A stretch of DNA of 20,000 bases. Origin: an uncultured virus (IMG/VR IMGVR_UViG_3300002835_009787). Taxonomy: Duplodnaviria; Heunggongvirae; Uroviricota; Caudoviricetes. Location: the IMG/VR virus record IMGVR_UViG_3300002835_009787; one strand, 5' to 3'. Positions 15,367-20,000 of this stretch are shown here, in pieces (position 1 is the first letter of the stretch; each line of letters starts with the position of its first letter). The translations under genes were made by a program, and so were the position numbers. The notes under the pieces are model-generated. The model had not been told where the DNA came from. It searched no databases and saw nothing but the letters and a program-made list of their open reading frames with translations.

Positions 15367-15678
15367 TTATAGATCATTTAAATCGTTAGGAAACTCCCTA
15401 GGATCGATAACCCAGGATTCAATACCATCCTCTTCGCACAAGCCCTCTATGATAGAAAATTTATCCCTACCGGTAAGCTCGGAAATATCATCGATCATTT
15501 CCCACACTTCAATACTAAAAACATTGAATACTAAGTTACCATTGCCATCAGGATGGAAGGTAACCACACTCTCAGTCTCTAAGTCATCATCATCAAGCAA
15601 GAAGACCTGTTCTTCTAACTCTTCCCCGTTTTCCCTATTATAGATTATAAGTTCAAACAATTTTTTGAAAAAGTCCAT
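15367..15678 (-). CDS. Acidic hypothetical protein, ~103 aa
   Basis: ORF track; start at 15678 preferred because TAGAAT lies 7 nt upstream (leaderless). Confidence 0.8.
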   Translation of the reverse strand: MDFFKKLFELIIYNRENGEELEEQVFLLDDDDLETESVVTFHPDGNGNLVFNVFSIEVWEMIDDISELTGRDKFSIIEGLCEEDGIESWVIDPREFPNDLNDL

Positions 15679-15774
15679 ACACATCATTCTACTAGATGAT
15701 ACTCTTATAGTAATCTGTTAAAAAATAAAAAAAATAATTTTTGCGCGGAACTTGCGGGGAAGCCCAAAGATTTG

Positions 15775-16317
15775 TTATTTCTTGTAAACAAAAGAAGACC
15801 ACATATATCTATGTCTATCTATCAGATCTGTTACAAGATGTAACTCATGAGCAGCAAAGACAATAGCCGAACCAGCCGGCGGCTTTAACGAAAGGCCATA
15901 TTCCGGGAATTCTATCAGCCCCCCCTCGTAATCTTCATTTAAGTATCCACATAGCGTATACTCAACCGGCCTTGCATTACCGCTACCGTCATAGGCATAA
16001 TCCCTGTGGGCGCTCATACCTCTCATAGGAAAGTCCCATTTCCTTATATAGATCCCATCCTCATCATAATAGTATAAATCATTATTTATATTGAGTTCAG
16101 CCATATACTGGTCTAAACATATTCGGGTGGCAGAATTTATCTGTTCAAATATGTAACTATTTTTTTTTATAAAGTTTAATTCGCCAATTCTATGATTAGG
16201 GTCATTATTGTTTCTGCCCCACAATTGCCACTCAGACTTATCTAGATCTAAAAATATTTGATCTAAATCCTGAAAAAGATCTGTAAATAATAAAATATCA
16301 TCAGTTAACCTAATCAT
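15775..16317 (-). CDS. 2OG-Fe(II) oxygenase (prolyl 4-hydroxylase-like)
   Basis: HRD...YLNEDYEGG..EF...KP..G....F...H.V....R. Confidence 0.92.
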   Translation of the reverse strand: MIRLTDDILLFTDLFQDLDQIFLDLDKSEWQLWGRNNNDPNHRIGELNFIKKNSYIFEQINSATRICLDQYMAELNINNDLYYYDEDGIYIRKWDFPMRGMSAHRDYAYDGSGNARPVEYTLCGYLNEDYEGGLIEFPEYGLSLKPPAGSAIVFAAHELHLVTDLIDRHRYMWSSFVYKK

Positions 16318-17003
16318 CTAATCCAAGACCAATCATTTAATAGCTCCAAACTTTTCTTAATAAACAAATCTAATATTTTACTATTATACTCATCCTTAAG
16401 ACCATCTACTGGATGATGGGCTTTATTATGGGTCATATCTGGAGTTAGTTCTTTTACCCCAACTGCATCAAGAATCTGAGATTGAAAAATAAAATTAGTT
16501 ATTCCAGCATCATGCGCATACTTGTGTAAACTATCTAAGAATTTTTTATTTTGATTTAATCTTTGCTGATACGTATAATGAGGACTAATTCCCTCATACT
16601 TAAGCATCATTTCAGTAAACTGTGGAAGTGGCTCTATAATTACTATAGTAGAATTTTTAAAATTATTTACAATTTCTTTTATATATTTTTTAGCTACTTC
16701 ATCAGCGTTGTCGTAGCCTGAAAGAAAAGTCCTTATATCAACATAGCCAAACCATGAAAGAAGTATGCCGTCATCTTTTATGTCCGAAAACGGTATAACC
16801 CCATCACCATAGAAAAGCTGTTCCTCTTTACCTGAAGACAATTCTTCTTCCTCATACATTTTCTTAAAATCAAGATCCCAAACCTTTTTTGCCGCTTTGC
16901 CCCAAAAGACAACATCGACTAAGTTATGCATTGCTTTATTCTTATTATAATGTTCAGAGACTCTAGAAACATGGCAATCGCCAATCAAATATATTTTTTT
17001 CAT
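16314..17003 (-). CDS. SGNH/GDSL-like protein
   Basis: N-terminal YLIGDCH (GDSH-like block I), FGYVDIR block; Cys in place of the usual Ser. Confidence 0.55.
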   Translation of the reverse strand: MKKIYLIGDCHVSRVSEHYNKNKAMHNLVDVVFWGKAAKKVWDLDFKKMYEEEELSSGKEEQLFYGDGVIPFSDIKDDGILLSWFGYVDIRTFLSGYDNADEVAKKYIKEIVNNFKNSTIVIIEPLPQFTEMMLKYEGISPHYTYQQRLNQNKKFLDSLHKYAHDAGITNFIFQSQILDAVGVKELTPDMTHNKAHHPVDGLKDEYNSKILDLFIKKSLELLNDWSWIR

Positions 17004-17007
17004 ATTA

Positions 17008-17796
17008 TTAAATTATTCCTTTATTTTTAGCTACAAATTCATGTACTAAATTGTATTTATTATCTTCTTTATGATTTCTTATCATCAAATCAGTTACACC
17101 AATACTCTTCAAATATTCTATCTTTTCTAAAACTTGTTCTTCTGTCCCAAAAATCGTCCATCTTTTTTGATGTTTTTGTTTTATTTGATCTACAACTTTT
17201 TCTGCTTCTTCATAAGTGTTTCTAATTATTAGAGCAGCGCAAACCATTCTATTGTTATTTCTTTTAAATTTTTTTGGATTATCTACAAAACTATCCATCA
17301 TACACAAGTTGTAATCGGCAAAAACCGAAGCTGAATCAAGAGTATTATCTGACGTGCCAGACATAACAATTTCTGGTACCTTTTTTTTATCTATTATAGA
17401 TAATACTTTCTTAATCCATTCATGTGTATACTTTACTCTTTTTTGACTAGTATAAAAATTTTCTTTATTAAAAATAATATCATCTACAGATGTTTCAGAA
17501 TCATGAATGTCACCAGATACTATATTGAACATTATTCTATTTTCTTGAATTTCGCTAAAGCCTCTGTACATCATAACGAAATATTCTGGGCTTATTGCAT
17601 ATGTTCGTATTGCTATCATATATTTAAATGTATGCGTTGTATCTAAAACATTTGCGCATTTTATCCAAAAATCATTTTCTAAAGAATGATAAACTAAAAG
17701 AACAGAATAATAGTTGCATTTATTTGCTAATTCTGAAATTTTTTTCAAACCATCTATATTAGATGAGCCATTAACGTACATTAAATGTAACTTCAT
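17008..17796 (-). CDS. Luciferase-like (LLM, SsuD-like) flavin-dependent monooxygenase, compact form
   Basis: A....Y.SVL, K.MIAIR...ISP, R..FNIVSG, P.I.MSG.S, IFGT.EQV.EKI....SIGV. Confidence 0.8.
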   Translation of the reverse strand: MKLHLMYVNGSSNIDGLKKISELANKCNYYSVLLVYHSLENDFWIKCANVLDTTHTFKYMIAIRTYAISPEYFVMMYRGFSEIQENRIMFNIVSGDIHDSETSVDDIIFNKENFYTSQKRVKYTHEWIKKVLSIIDKKKVPEIVMSGTSDNTLDSASVFADYNLCMMDSFVDNPKKFKRNNNRMVCAALIIRNTYEEAEKVVDQIKQKHQKRWTIFGTEEQVLEKIEYLKSIGVTDLMIRNHKEDNKYNLVHEFVAKNKGII

Positions 17797-17800
17797 TTTA

Positions 17801-18658
17801 CTAATGAATATCCCTGTATCTTACAGCGGTTATCCCCTTTTTCTTTTCCTCTATAAGTTCCAGGGGTTCCTCCCAAATAAATCCATTTACAGGAGTGCAC
17901 CAAGTCGACCATCTATTGTGTGGATCTTCTTTTATATTTTTTATTTGCTGTTCGTACTCTGCAGTTTTGTAACAGAAAAATGTACCAGGGTTACTAGACG
18001 ACGGTAATACAAAGTTTGAGTACGCAAAACGCACCCCGCTAGTGACTTCTTTAACTCCATGGCAATAATCTCCATGTGATCCATGAATTATTAAATCTCC
18101 ATTTTCTGGTTTAACCAAAAGTTCTTCACCATTATCAAGAGGTAAAAGTCCTCCTACAAATTCTAGTTTATTATTAAAATTTGGATAATATACTTCTCCA
18201 CCTTCAAAATCTCCAAAATAAACAATTAACCCATAATGAAGACGGCAACACGTGCCCCACATATCCGGAGAAATTAAAACCCTTGAAGATATATCACATG
18301 TTTCACAAACTGGACCACAATCTTCATGAACTGCCCCAGGAGCATCTGCATGATGATACATGCCTGGTTGACCAACCTTGGACCTTAATAGGGAAAGTTG
18401 TGGATGCATAGAAAGCTCCGGGTAGAGCAACTCACTGGCTTTTTCCCAAACCTCATGCATCTCAGGAATTAAGGGGGTAACTCTTGAGTTGTACCAATCT
18501 TGATTATGTTGAATGTTTGAGTCTTTTAAATGTTCTTTTAAAATAGAGTTTATTTTTTTTAATAAATCATCTTTTATAAAATTTTTATATATAAACAATT
18601 TAGGAGCTAATTGTTTTATATTTGGATTTTTTCTAAAAGATTCTTTATACATAGACAT
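17801..18658 (-). CDS. 2OG-Fe(II) oxygenase with Cys-rich insertion
   Basis: HAD...YFGDFEGGEVYYP...KPENGDL.....HGV.EV.SG.R. Confidence 0.9.
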   Translation of the reverse strand: MSMYKESFRKNPNIKQLAPKLFIYKNFIKDDLLKKINSILKEHLKDSNIQHNQDWYNSRVTPLIPEMHEVWEKASELLYPELSMHPQLSLLRSKVGQPGMYHHADAPGAVHEDCGPVCETCDISSRVLISPDMWGTCCRLHYGLIVYFGDFEGGEVYYPNFNNKLEFVGGLLPLDNGEELLVKPENGDLIIHGSHGDYCHGVKEVTSGVRFAYSNFVLPSSSNPGTFFCYKTAEYEQQIKNIKEDPHNRWSTWCTPVNGFIWEEPLELIEEKKKGITAVRYRDIH

Positions 18659-18672
18659 AATATAATTGTACC

Positions 18673-19659
18673 TTATAAATTGGGTGATTTAACCTCTAGG
18701 TTAGACTTAATCTTAATAATAAGATCTTCTCTAGATTTTAATTTTTCTACAGCGTTGTCTCTACCTTGAGCAAAGTTTTCACCATCAAGATAAACCCAAG
18801 CACCTTTTTGAGTGAACATACCTTGGCCCAAAGCAAGATCAAACAAGCAGCCAAATTGATCCACGCCCTTACCGTAAAGAATGTCAAATTCTGTAATTTT
18901 TAGTGGAGGAGCCATTTTGTTTTTAATAATCTTAGCCTTAACCTTGATTCCTATTGCCTCACCAGATTTATCCTTAAGATCTTCCTTCTTACGCAAGTCA
19001 ATGCGTACCGAGGCAGCATACTTAAGAGCCATACCACCAGGAGTGGTTTCGGGATTACCAAACATAACACCAATTTTGTTGCGCAACTGATTTATAAACA
19101 ATAGGAGCGTTTTTGTCTCGGATGCGGCCGAAACTAGCTTTCGCATCGCTTTGGCCATTAGACGAGCTTGTAGGCCCATCTGAGCGGACTCCATCTCACC
19201 TTCTAGCTCTGCTTTTGGAATGAGTGAAGCAACAGAGTCAATTACGACAACTCCCACTTCACCTGAGCGTACAAGACGGTCAACTATTTCTAAAGCTTGC
19301 TCGCCGTAATCTGGTTGAGAAAAGATTAACTTATCTAAATCCACGCCTAAAGCGGTCATGTAAATTGGGTCTAAAGCATGCTCGGCATCTATATAAGCGC
19401 ACTTCAAGCCCATTTTTTGGGCTTCTGTAATAACAGTAAGAGCAATGGTGGATTTGCCAGAAGACTCTGGTCCATATATTTCCACTATTCTCCCTCTAGG
19501 TAAGCCGCCTATACCGAGAATATTATCTAGCGTAGCAGCACCGGTGGGGATACAAGGCCATTTTTGCACATTGGTAGACCCGAGAGTAATTACGGATCCG
19601 GCACCAAATTGACGCTCTAATTGAGCGATGATTACTTCTAAAGTTTTTGATTCATCCAT
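18673..19659 (-). CDS. recA: RecA recombinase
   Basis: GGLPRGRIVEIYGPESSGKST, IDAEHALDP, QARLM, FINQLR.KIGVMFGNPETTPGG.ALK. Confidence 0.99.
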   Translation of the reverse strand: MDESKTLEVIIAQLERQFGAGSVITLGSTNVQKWPCIPTGAATLDNILGIGGLPRGRIVEIYGPESSGKSTIALTVITEAQKMGLKCAYIDAEHALDPIYMTALGVDLDKLIFSQPDYGEQALEIVDRLVRSGEVGVVVIDSVASLIPKAELEGEMESAQMGLQARLMAKAMRKLVSAASETKTLLLFINQLRNKIGVMFGNPETTPGGMALKYAASVRIDLRKKEDLKDKSGEAIGIKVKAKIIKNKMAPPLKITEFDILYGKGVDQFGCLFDLALGQGMFTQKGAWVYLDGENFAQGRDNAVEKLKSREDLIIKIKSNLEVKSPNL

Positions 19660-19671
19660 AGAGATATTCTA

Positions 19672-19851
19672 TCATACTTTCAATGCTAAAGCTGCTTGGA
19701 CTTCCTTCATCTTGTCCACAACTTTAGCTTCAACAAATCTAAGTTCAGCTTGAGTTTGTGGATCTTGACCAAGCATTGATTGTCTTACTTGTTCGCGCAA
19801 CTTAGTTAACTGCTTAAGATAAGTAAATGATGGCTTTATTGTTTTGCTCAT
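19672..19851 (-). CDS. Hypothetical helical protein, 59 aa
   Basis: Hand translation MSKTIKPSFTYLKQL...; AGGAG SD. Confidence 0.7.
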   Translation of the reverse strand: MSKTIKPSFTYLKQLTKLREQVRQSMLGQDPQTQAELRFVEAKVVDKMKEVQAALALKV

Positions 19852-19916
19852 TGTGAGGGTCTCCTAATCTAGATGGTATAATTACTACAAGAAATTATAT
19901 ACAGATGGGATACAAA

Positions 19917-20000
19917 ATGCAACGCAAAATAGAATTAGATGACAATTTTTACAGAGCAGTATATTTGCTTAAGAATAGATTTAATAACGTAACTGACCTT
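19917..20000 (+). CDS. Start of a divergent hypothetical gene (partial)
   Basis: MQRKIELDDNFYRAVYLLKN...; extended -10 TG-G-TATAAT at 19874-19882. Confidence 0.5.
   Translation, partial: MQRKIELDDNFYRAVYLLKNRFNNVTDL

Noticed and set aside
329..19430. Plus-strand ORFs from the track lying antisense to called genes (e.g. 919..1236, 5068..5403, 8004..8435, 10958..11308)
   Set aside because: Shadow frames of well-supported minus-strand genes, with no SD sites or motifs
18673..19659. Host chromosomal recA locus, or an intein in recA
   Set aside because: 328 aa with no insertion; no recX or housekeeping neighbours; the context is phage-like
1..20000. Stop-codon reassignment
   Set aside because: RecA, the oxygenases and the polymerase are intact in code 11, and TAA, TAG and TGA all end genes next to the following start

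Overview
This window looks like part of a large tailed-phage genome, probably infecting an actinobacterium: it has a WhiB gene, leaderless -10/ATG starts, a ChiZ/YneA-like LysM protein and phage-type recA and 2OG-oxygenase genes. Nearly all genes are on the minus strand. There are three zones. (1) 1-3700: HTH proteins, tRNA-Arg(TCT), a HicA-like gene and a repeat-rich non-coding gap. (2) About 3770-14770: a higher-GC block of small, tightly coupled genes with strong SD sites. It centres on a ~890-aa protein with the motifs of a single-chain two-barrel (YonO/QDE-1-like) RNA polymerase whose catalytic barrel appears circularly permuted. The block also has four copies of GAATAAGTCGG (a candidate cognate promoter), two unrelated proteins both ending in ATAEVPF, several structured intergenic RNAs and a flanking degenerate direct repeat. 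(3) 15100-20000: an AT-rich arm with recA, two 2OG-Fe(II) oxygenases, a luciferase-like monooxygenase, an SGNH-like protein and small acidic proteins. All family calls come from motifs read by eye; no searches or folding programs were run.
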